Source: Halocafeteria seosinensis (taxonomy: Eukaryota). Taken from it: a DNA stretch of 34,033 nt. How positions within the stretch are numbered: position 1 is the first letter of the stretch; the number at the start of each line of letters is the position of its first letter. Positions 23,955-34,033 of the stretch are shown piece after piece. A program made the position numbers and the translations under genes. The stretch lies in NCBI GenBank assembly GCA_001687465.1, contig LVLI01000149.1:1-34033 (forward strand). Reading direction: 5' to 3'. The notes under the pieces are model-generated. The model saw nothing but the letters and a program-made list of their open reading frames with translations. It ran no database searches and was not told the origin of the DNA.

Positions 23955-24355
23955 GGTGGATGCACGTTCTATGGAATAACACAGACAAAGTGTGTATGCT
24001 GGTATGTTAATATCCCGGTGGATCCGCAAAGATATTGGATATTACTTCATCAGCTTGTTTTTCTACAAGACAGTATTTTCAATGACCCAATGCAAGAAGA
24101 GGCAGCAGAACAACCCCAATGTAATCTTGAAAACTACCCCTGTACCTGTTTTTTCGCTCGTTCCTTCCTTCCATACAGCAGCAGCAGCTGATGGGAGGGT
24201 ATTCCGTCTTCATCTGCACTTCCTCATCAGCTGATGGACGCCGGAGGCGGGATACCATATATGGTATTTCAATGAAGCCCATTCGCGCAGGATTGTTGCG
24301 TGCCTCACAAGATAACTGTGTACGGGCACTCGTATTTTAAGCTTTGGCCTCGGTA
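23955..24355. promoter_or_regulatory. Putative bidirectional promoter (401 bp) between the dioxygenase and SulP genes
   Basis: Head-to-head ATGs. Contains cagctgatgg 24185-24194, the palindrome catcagctgatg 24225-24236 and the near-match catcagctt 24048-24056. Confidence 0.6.
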
Positions 24356-27283
24356 ATGGATCAGAATAACAGGGACAAAGATGGAGGACCCGGAGGTGAA
24401 ACTAGCCGACGGGGCGCCGGGACGGAGGAATCCCAGGTGACTGTGGCCATTGAAGGCCAAGATGGAATGACGGAGCCCGAAGGGACCCATGACACACTAC
24501 GGTCTTTGATAGAAGAACGCGAGCACTATGAAATGGATCATCGCACATCACTGGTGAAACAGCTATGGAAGGCGACCAAAACTTACATACCGCGACTCAA
24601 TCTTCCAAGTGTGCTGCGAGACAACTATTTCACCAGTAAATCATGGGCCGAAAGTTTGGCTAGCGATGCTGCAGCGGGATTTGTTGTCGCAGGTGCGTTC
24701 TCCCAAAAGTTGTTTGATCTGCTTTTGGTGCCTTTCATATTCACAACTGGCAACGAATTGCAGTTTTGCTGATTCCACAAGGCATGGCCTATGCTGCCTT
24801 AGCAAACATAGACGCAAAATTCGGATTGATCTCGAGTGCAGTAGCGGTACTTGTATTTTGCCTGTTCGGGAGTTCCAAGCATCTCGCGGTAGGCCCTACT
24901 GCGCTCATGTAAGGAAGAGCACTTGTCGATCCTCAATACACGTATTACGGCATAAGTACATGGTTCAATGATCCATGGATGCAGGTCGCTGCTAACAGCT
25001 GAAGCTCTTCATGAATTTGGAATTGATCCGATAGCGGAACCGAAACGACAAATTCTCGGCGCGACCACACTAGCATTCCTTGTGGGACTGTTTACGCTCA
25101 TTCTTGGTTCGTGGTTCGCCCCAATGATGATACTGTTAACAACATAAAACGTAGTGGCTCTTGCTGTCACTGAGACCACAGGAATCGCAAAAGCAGGACA
25201 TTTAGCTTCGTTCTTCTCTCGGCCCGTTTTAAAGTCGTTTACCACCTCTGCAGGTAGGAAACCGTATAAAGTGGTAGCACAGATATATTGAGAAGGAGAA
25301 TCATGCCATTTGATTGGATTTGCAGCTATTGTTATTGCATCGTCACAGCTAAATAAGCTTTTTGGCATACCTAGCAGAAGGTCTTCGGCTGTATACAACA
25401 TATGGATTCACGTAATTGAGAACCTCGAGAATGTACGTGCTGCTGACTGTAGGACCCGTTCTCAAGTGGGTAGGTAAAATTGCTGCACTCCAGGCTCAAC
25501 CCGAGACCATATATCTCGCAATTGAGAGTATAGCATTACTTCTCGGTCTCAAATATGGCAAGAAGCATTTACTAAGATATATAGAACGGCTTCCAGAAGT
25601 GCGGCAGCAACGACTCCTATGGCTGCAGGTGAGTTTATCTCGCACTTTTCTTCACTGAGACAACCTATCGTCGGAATGTGGACTACAGCGCGTTGGAAAA
25701 ACGTTTCCTACTCCCCTTGTTGTTGTGGTCGTCAACATATTGATAGTATGGGGCTTTAGTCTTGATGAGGACGTGAAGGTAGTAGGAAAACTAGACAGTG
25801 GCTGGGTTTCGAGGGGTAAGGACGTTCAAGGCCTCACTGAGCCAGTCCTCATGTCTAGAAAAGATGATGAATATTTTCTGCAGATGATATATTTATAGGG
25901 GATATAGCCCATTTTACTATCACGATGCTTCCATCTGTTATCGTGATAAGCATATTGGGGTTCATCGAGTCGTTTTCCGTTGCTAAGACGTACGCATTGA
26001 AGAGCGGAGACAAGCTAGATGCAGACCAGGAACTAGTAGGATTAGGATTTGCCAACGCTGTGGGTGGACTTTTGGGCGCATTTCCAACCACCGGAGGGCT
26101 ATCTCGTACAGCTGTTCATGCCGACGCAGGAGTGAAGACACAAGTATCTGGCCTGATATCAGGGGTATTGCTCTTATTGGTGATATTCTTTCTCCTCCCG
26201 CTATTCGAACTGCTACCGGAGGTGACACTTGCTAGCATCATTATCGTTGCGATTACCGGAATGGTGGACTTCTCGGTTCCCGTCCGCCTGTGGAAGATAA
26301 ATCGGTCAGACTTTAGCGCTTGGTGTGTTACATTTCTCTTGACTCTTCTCGTGGGCGTTGAACCGGGAGTTCTGTTCGGCACACTGTTTTCCCTTCTCGT
26401 CGTGTTAAAGAATGCCTCTCGGCCGCACTGGGCAGTACTCGGGCTCCTTAAAAGCAGTAGCCCAGATAATCCGGTGTACAGAAACACCAAGAATTACCCC
26501 TACTCCACAGAAGAGGAACCAGGAGTCCGTATTCTAAGATTTGACAGTCAACTTTTCTTTGCGAATAGCGAATATTTTGTCACCAACGTTACGGAGCTGG
26601 GGACTCATAAAATTGACTGGATGGACATGGTTAGTTGACCGACGATTACTCGTCATATGCTTTTCGTGATCACGTTTATTCTTGTGTTGCAGCAATTGGA
26701 ATGGTTAGAGCCGAAAGTTGTGGCAATTGATATGGGGAGTGTTGCCAATATAGACTACACTTCGTTGCAAGTGCTTCGAGAACTGCCAGCAACGATGAAG
26801 AAGGTAGCTGTAGCGGAACGGAAGAGATCGATAAGAAGGCTCAATCGGCTGAAGGAAGAAAACGCATCAGAAGAGGCCAAGATTGATGGTTTGATTACCA
26901 CTCTCCAAGATTTCGTTAACCTGCAGGTAAGAATCGTTTTGTTGATTTACTTCATATACTGGAGATGAATTCGGCATCTAAACGTACAGGTTCCTGCCAT
27001 CGTGCTGTTCACTGTCAGAATACCCATAATTAGAGGCATACTATCAATGAAGCATGCATTGGGAGAGAGTACCAAGATAGACCACGTAGCTTTGGATTCA
27101 AAAGCCGCAACTTCGCAAGACCATATCCCTTATTTCGTAGTTGCGTCCGCAGAAAATGCTCGCATGTTGATATTCATGGACCACGGCTTACAAACTAGTT
27201 TAGATCTTCCGCAAGGGATGAGGATACTCAAGAATTTACTCGGGATACACTTTTTCGATGCGAGAAAAGCTGATGAAGAATAA
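24356..27283 (+). CDS. SulP/SLC26 family sulfate/anion transporter with STAS domain (multi-exon)
   Basis: Spliced motifs VLLIPQGMAYAALA, FGSSKHLAVGPTALMSLL, GFIESFSVAK, DADQELVGLGFANAVGG..GGLSRTAV. STAS motifs RFDSQLFFAN and IDMGSVANIDYT. First intron 24693-24763. Confidence 0.94.
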
Positions 27284-28077
27284 ACCATTATTCTAGTTTT
27301 AAACCAAGTTCTTATATTACGTTATAGCCAATAGGGCCTTGCAAGTTGCGGTCAGTCCCTGAGAGAAGTACGAAGGCATTGGCAGGGGTTCATATGATGC
27401 ACCGCGAAACAAACCACATGTAGTAAGTGTGATCATACATCTTACCATGGTAGTGTGCACTCGCTAATTCGGGACCCCTCGTCAACGAAGAAAAGCCGAG
27501 TATAACAAGCAGCTCTTATCGTACTTCGGAGAATGTGGTATGACTGAATGTGCCATTCGTTTCATCTTGTTCGAGAGAACTCCAAGCACAACTCCTCCAA
27601 GAACTCCAAAGCTAAGCTCTTGGAACCGGCGTACCAGTAACTGCTGATGTCCGTCAAACCAGCTGCCGCATTCCAGTCTCCATCGGACCGCGCTCTTAGA
27701 GAAAGAAGCATACATCTTCGCGGGACAGCCCGTTCCATTCAGGCCGGTGTTCGACAAGACGACTCTATCCACTAGATTCCCCAGTAGGCACGGGACAGCT
27801 GCTGCAGTGCTTTGCGAGCATCTTCAGGTTGCACCGGCTCTCGCCGGGGGCGGTGGAGCAGGACGGAGAACAGGATAACGTCCCCTGCTGTTCGCAACAA
27901 CAAACCCCTGTCAAGAAGACGATTTGTCTGAAGCTCTGCATTGGTAAACGCTTCACGGGAATGGGAGAGACACCTGCGTCTTGCTTAGTCTTGGGGCAGT
28001 GGTAGTTCCCTGAGTTACCGGTTTTCTCACCTTCAACGTGGAGTGGAAGTGCGAACACAGCTGAAACTTGCTGTAGG

Positions 28078-29127
28078 ATGGCTCCTGCTAAGAAGAAACA
28101 ATTCAGAGGGCGCGTCAATCGCGCCTGCCAATGGTGCGCGTCGAAGAAACTCAAATGCGACGGGGAACGTCCTTGTTTGGTAAGTCGTGCGTCCTGCATG
28201 GTAGTCTTACCGTAGAAGACAGTGTTGCCACCCCGTGGACGCGAACTTCAATTGCAGCGCTGTGTGACGAAAGGGATTGAAGGCGAGTGCGTGGACGCCG
28301 TGCCTAATGGAGAGCTCGGAAAGAGGTCGAGACACCAATCTTCACTCCCAAAGAATGGATCGAACGCGAACGCGAAAGGCGATGCGAGAGGTCAAATGAC
28401 TGCAGCGGCGGCCGCGGAATATCAGGAGGTGGAATCCGTTACTGGAGGAACCTGTTGCAACAGCACTCCGGCTACCATCTCCACTGTTGGGCAAACTTGC
28501 ACTGAACGCATAGAAAGCCACATGACTGCTAATGATATCGCAGCTCCCGAGAATGCGAAACGAAGAGATACTGGGCATTCCAAAATGAACTCAGGCGGTC
28601 AGAGGACAGAGTCGTACGTTTCCCTTTCCAAGAGTGAAGACTTTGCTGTATCCATTGAAATTCCAGAGCAAACTGGGACAAATATTCTGAATGGATATGG
28701 GCAGACTATGGAGTTCTCTAGCTTCCATAGAAGTGAACTCCCAGCTTGGGTCGTTGGATCACAGTTAGCATCCAATGGCACGACATGTAGCGAGCTTCCA
28801 TCCCTGGACCCTGCTCTATCTTACTACGATATGCTTACTGGAACAGCATCAGCCAGCACAGCAAATGACTCCTTTACTATCGAGGGTTGTCATGATGGTA
28901 CAACAGAGATGGAGCTTGCGCCGCAACCGATACTTCCCACCAATGGAACCTTGCAACTCGAGCCAGCAATGGAGGACGGTACTTTCCGAAGTTTCAGTCC
29001 CATTCCTCGATTGTCAGCAGCAAATTATCTGGCAGAAGATCCCTATGGATGGGGAATGCTCGACGAGGAGTGGAATTGCGCAAGTCCTGATGAGTGGCTC
29101 GTGGACTGTTTGCCCAGTGGAGGCTGA
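28078..29127 (+). CDS. Zn(II)2Cys6 transcription factor (paralog 2); 5' end uncertain
   Basis: Intron 28180-28257 (GTAAGT..TTGCAG) gives CQWCASKKLKCDGERPCLRCVTKGIEGEC; same intron position as paralog 1. Acidic/aromatic C-terminus (WGMLDEEW..DEWLVD). Confidence 0.88.
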
Positions 29128-29907
29128 ATCAGGGAACTCTCAACAATTCTTATCCAGGAAATACAAGTGGATCAATTGTATTTTATCCAGTGAAGGAAGC
29201 GAATGTTAGCCGAGGTAAGGCGGGCTGATAGAACCTGATGATTGAAGACGAGGGATCAGGGACAGGAACGACGCGAAGTACGACGTGCCATAGTATAGAT
29301 GAAGAAACTGCACAATCGGTACAGATATTTTGGCCAATTTTTACGGTTCAATCGAATAAACATTCTTCATTTCCCTGCCATCATTTTGTCGACATTGTGA
29401 TCGTCTTCCAAGGCCGCAAACTCCTCGACTCATTCAATCTTTCATACGCCTGAGTGACTTCTCCTATGCCTTGGCCTTGAAATAACGGGGCTATGCGGCA
29501 ATTTGGTCCCACTGGACATTTCAGTGGGTGACGCTCTGATATGGAATGGAAGACTTGGGACTGCTCGTCGCGAAGCAAATGAGCAAGGTCGCAGTGTCGC
29601 AACTTCTGCTGGAAGCAACAGCACATTCACATATACCCAATGGTAATGCACATTGTATATTCAGCATGTTTGTCAGCGTTTATGCATGATGCATCCATTG
29701 ATGGTGCCATATGCTGTGGTATAGTCATATTGTACGGAGCAATAAAAGCCAGAAGCGCGATTGAACTCAGTCAACGCTCACTCTTAACGCGCCAAAACTG
29801 AAAAAACTATTTTATATTACAGCACAAGGGAAACGAGGGACAGTTGACATGCATACGGGGATGGATATCAATCGTTGATGGAAGAGGAATCTGAAACGTG
29901 AAAGAAA

Positions 29908-32900
29908 ATGGCTGCATCATCGCCGTCGATGCCGAAACAAAGTGAAAGCGGAACAACCGCTTCCCAGGATAAACCCGACGATGAGTTCCTCGGCTATTAC
30001 CGAGTGGATAGCGCATTTCGGCCCGAGGAATCCGCTAAGAAGCTCCCCTCTAGTATTGAGGACTTGATTTCACAGTACAGCAAAGAGTATGGGAAATCGG
30101 TGGAAACTGTCTACTCGTGGGATTCTGAGGCACAATCGTTTGTACCCGTGGAATCGGAGGGGAAACTGAAGCGGCTACTAAAGGCTCGACGTGATGAATT
30201 GATTGAAGGCAAGCTTTCTCTTTCGTCTCTCGCGGCCATAGTACGAGCGATTCATTCTACGCTAGAATGTGAAGACCTGGACCAAATCCACGCAGAACCA
30301 GTGTTTGCCAACCTTACGGATGCCAAACCTGAAGAAAACATCCCCAACGCGAGCTGGAGCTATCCATCTCAGGATTCACTGAAACGACAATCAGAGGCAT
30401 CTATAAATGTGCGATGTGAGGTTAGCTACCATCTCATTTGTCTGCTCGGCCAGGCGTACAACATACTCAAGGGCCACGAAGATCCCCTGAAATGCTTCGA
30501 GATTGTCGGCGGGGCGCTGGTGCAAGTGCTAGTAGATTCGCTGCGTCCGCAAGTAACGGATGAAGTCGTTGAGCTTGCTTTACTCTTGCTTAATCTGGTG
30601 TTTTCCGACCAAAGTGTCATGCAGTCAATATCAGAAGTTTGGTTGGATAAGGCTTTGAAGGTAATCATGCAGGTGCGTTCAGCAAAGATATGGCTAGGCG
30701 GCATGAGCGTCAAGGGTACGAGTACCAAAGTGTCGACTAATGATAAGAAGTCCAGCAGCAAGAAGGGGAGGAATAGAAAAAGGAAGTCCACAAGTGGAAC
30801 CTCGAGAGAAGTGAAGCGTGCTAGTAGCTCCGGCTTGACAAGCACAAAATCTGAAATTAACATCAAGGAGAACCTTCTCACAGGCGGCTCTAATTTGGCT
30901 TCGCAACCAGCATCATATTTTCTTACTTGTTCGATTGAGAGCAAAGTTCGTCGGAGACGGCAGCAAATACTGAAGCGGTGGGTGGCCGAATCATTAGGGC
31001 AAGTGGAAGCAAGAGAAACAGAATTTAGTTCGCAAGAACTACAAGGTGGTCCTTTCTCGTCTTGGCTAAGAGATGTTGATCTCATGGTAACAGCTGAGGG
31101 TAATCACTTTCAACTTCTAGAGTATTGGCAGCAACTTTGTAACGCTATCTGTATTGATCAACAAATATCTGTTCTTGCTCGGAGAATTCTGGACGCAAGG
31201 TCAACAAGTGATGTGTGTAAACTGAAAGAGAAGGGATGGTTGGTCCTGTTGAGAGATATACTGGATGACCATACAGATGTATGCATTCAGGTTGGGGAGG
31301 TGGAGTCTCCGCGAATTATAGCAATCGAGGGTTTACTGTCTTGCTCCCCATGGGTTGATCTCACCGAATTCCTCGGGAGGTCTTCTTTATCAAGGCTAAT
31401 GGCTCAGAGTGAGACTCTATACGACAGAAGGAATATGTCTCTCCGGCATACATTACTGAATATTCAACGGGTAGTCGATGAGTTGCCTAACGCCATTTTA
31501 AAGCTGATGATATTTGAAAAAGAAGAGCGTTTTAGGTTTCAGCTGAATCTGGCCCTTCTTATATGGAAAACTCTTGGTCTCTCAAGCGATTTATGCTTGA
31601 GCTTGTGCACCGGCGCTGACAAGCACGCTCATCGGGATAACCAGACGGAACCACCCACAAAGTGCTTCTGCCAAAGCGCAGCTCTCAATGTGGATCTCAA
31701 GCAGCGTACCTCTCCGATACGGCAAGCAAACTCATCTCTGGAGTTTATCTCTGTTCTTAATCTACTCAATGAGCTGTTGAGTGAGAGAACCAAGATGCCG
31801 TCTAGAGATTTTAACTGGAATGAGCATATCAGAGAAAAAACAAGTGGGGTTGCCCGGGCGTTACTTCAATACTGTTTTACAACTAGTAATGTCAGGAGAA
31901 TGTTAGCGATTGTGTCGCCCAAAGAAATCCGAAAGGCTGTTCTATCGAAGTCTTTTCCCGCTGAAGAAGAATCGTTTTCTCTGTGGGACGTACTAAGTGG
32001 AATGGCATCAGACCTATCACCACTCACAATGTTCCATTGCCGGATTGGTTACAGCTTTTTGGGCCTGTTTGCGTCCCATCTCAACCTGAAGGCAATAGCA
32101 GACAACGCGGAGGAAGGTGTGACAAAAGAAGATACATGCCCGTGGCAGTGGAAAACCCCACATGACACTTTAAAGCAGTCTAAGGATAAGTGGACAACAG
32201 CAGCTATTGAGCTCGCATCTAGGCAACTGTGGCTGACTATCCAAAATCTTGCTCACGAAGGTTCTTCTAACCACAACTTATACTATGGAAGATTCTCTCC
32301 TTTGACATATAAAGAATCACTGCGGATCATCGCTGCTTCGTTGAACGCCAGGAGCAAGGAGCTTTTCTGGTACTGGGCTGACTTTTTGCAAGAAGAACAA
32401 ATTGACGAAACCAAAGAAGCGGATCACCCTCACACAGCGATAGCCGAAGAATTAGCAGCTTCAGCGGGGCATGTTCGCGACCGTAACTCTGCAAATCATT
32501 GTCATCGCGATGTTTCATCTATTGACTTCCTGAATTCTTTGTCATTAATGCAATGTGTTTCAGCATATATGCTTCAAAACATCTCAACGGTAGCTAACGA
32601 GTCCGCAGTGGCCGCTGCTGCTAACGCACTTCTGCACCCGCAGCTGTCCGTGATCGTTCACAATGGCGATTTCGTAGTGTCACTTCTACGGAGGATGTTG
32701 CGTCACACAAGTTTGAAGAACGAAGTCGACGCGCCTGAAGCACTCTTCCATGAAGTCTCCCGACGAATTGATTCAGCTTTGGAGCGGCTTTGGGCATCAT
32801 CTCGCACTCTACGGAGACCGTCTGCAACGGGAGACGATACTGGTCGGGTTGGCATTTACCGGGAGCTAATGTTAAACCAGGGATTTGTATGCTGGTGGGT

Positions 32901-33954
32901 GCTTACCCGCGATAGCGAACGCCTACTGACGCAGCTCCCCACTCTGTTATCTATAGCCATAGACTCTTGCATTCAGTGTTTGGAGTACTGGAGGACAATT
33001 AAATTTCCGGAAGACGCGTCTCGGACTAAGGCTGTGCTAATCGGACAAGCCATTATTACCAAGACTATGCGTTACAGCGTGTGTAGTTTCTGTCATCTTC
33101 TGTATCAAGTGAGGTTAAGGAGCTCTTTAGATTCGGACGATACTTCGGAAGGGGTGCTCAAATTTGTTAAATCGCTTAGTGGAACGCTGGCAAAGCTGTG
33201 TTATGCTCTGCTTCAGGTGCCGGATTTTGAGGTACTCTCGCATGCCGCTGTTAGTGCATGGAGCGTCTGCATTTTGTGTAGAGAAGATAGCGCTCACAAT
33301 GATGACACGTGGGAAAGTCTCAGTCGCATCCTGCTCCGGTGGGTCGTTTCCTGTCCCCGATTAGCTGTGCGATATCATGGTCTTCCGGTCAATACAGAAG
33401 CATCCCGACACAGTAAACGACAGTCTAACATTAAGGCGTGGGCCGACTGGATATGTCGCAAGACGATGCCATCGCTAGAAAAGTTCGAGGACCCAACTCC
33501 TTGGTTTCCTACTTTATTTTATAGCTTTCCGAGGAGTCATGAAGCAAGGATCCAATACAGCTCTTTTGATGCGTTTGAGGCGTCGCCTGGAAAGGAAAAG
33601 GGAGGAGTTGGAGGCTACCGAAAGATGCAAGTTTGGACGGTTCATGAGCTATACCGCACGTTGATATCTGCATTCCATGTTCTTTGCTCCAACCAGATGT
33701 GTTCAGAGTGGCTGCTCCGAGGAGAAGATGTAGCAACGGCGAGGTCTCGAGACGAGTCGCTAAGAAGCGTGACACGAAATGCATTTAAGCGATATGAAGG
33801 ACTGACCGCGATCATCTTTGCCACGATCGCCTCATGCATGTTGTCGTCAATCGAAATACGCAGCCCTTTAGAGGATGTGTCCGGCAAATTCGCCCAAAAG
33901 ATGCTTTTGTCTTGCTTCCAGACGCTACTGAAGAGCTTACCCGTAGGTTCACAG
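29908..33954 (+). CDS. Large hypothetical protein, 1349 codons in one open frame, no stop before the telomere (3'-truncated)
   Basis: Manual translation from ATG 29908 (MAASSPSMPKQ...; in-frame TGA just upstream at 29899) stays open to ...LKSLPVGSQ and continues as (VR)n in the repeats. Basic NLS-like KKGRNRKRK. No family recognised. Confidence 0.85.
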
Positions 33955-34033
33955 GTTAGGGTTAGGGTTAGGGTTAGGGTTAGGGTTAGGGTTAGGGTTA
34001 GGGTTAGGGTTAGGGTTAGGGTTAGGGTTAGGG
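33954..34033 (+). repeat. Telomeric repeat (TTAGGG)13, G-rich strand oriented toward the window end
   Basis: Perfect TTAGGG units 33956-34033 preceded by GG. Confidence 0.97.

Noticed and set aside
30426..31085. 219-aa minus-strand ORF (and other short ORFs at 30.7-33.9 kb)
   Set aside because: Antisense or out-of-frame shadows of the 1349-codon plus-strand ORF
1..34033. Alternative genetic code as the cause of fragmented ORFs
   Set aside because: Short GT-AG introns restore full reading frames under the standard code for every recognisable intact gene traced exon by exon

Overview
Eukaryotic genomic DNA (standard code, many 52-81 nt GT-AG introns) ending in a (TTAGGG)13 telomere. The host looks like a compact-genome microbial eukaryote, but the taxon cannot be fixed from this window. 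The centrepiece is an operon-like sulfur-handling cluster: a YeeE/YedE-family sulfur transporter (-), a DUF442 sulfurtransferase-ETHE1 persulfide dioxygenase fusion (-) and a divergently transcribed SulP/SLC26 anion transporter (+). This gene set echoes bacterial Blh-type sulfide/persulfide detoxification loci, and the upstream regions share a CATCAGCTGATG-type motif. A ~1 kb direct duplication indicates that the dioxygenase and YeeE genes were once adjacent. They are now separated by ~5.5 kb carrying a decayed RNase H-bearing non-LTR retroelement and a bZIP gene. Around the cluster are two paralogous Zn2Cys6 transcription factors and three paralogous HCD/DWG-type protein kinases (one a pseudogene). 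The last 4.1 kb is an ORF missed by the ORF track (1349 codons) that has no stop and reads straight into the telomere repeats. All exon structures and family calls were made by eye.
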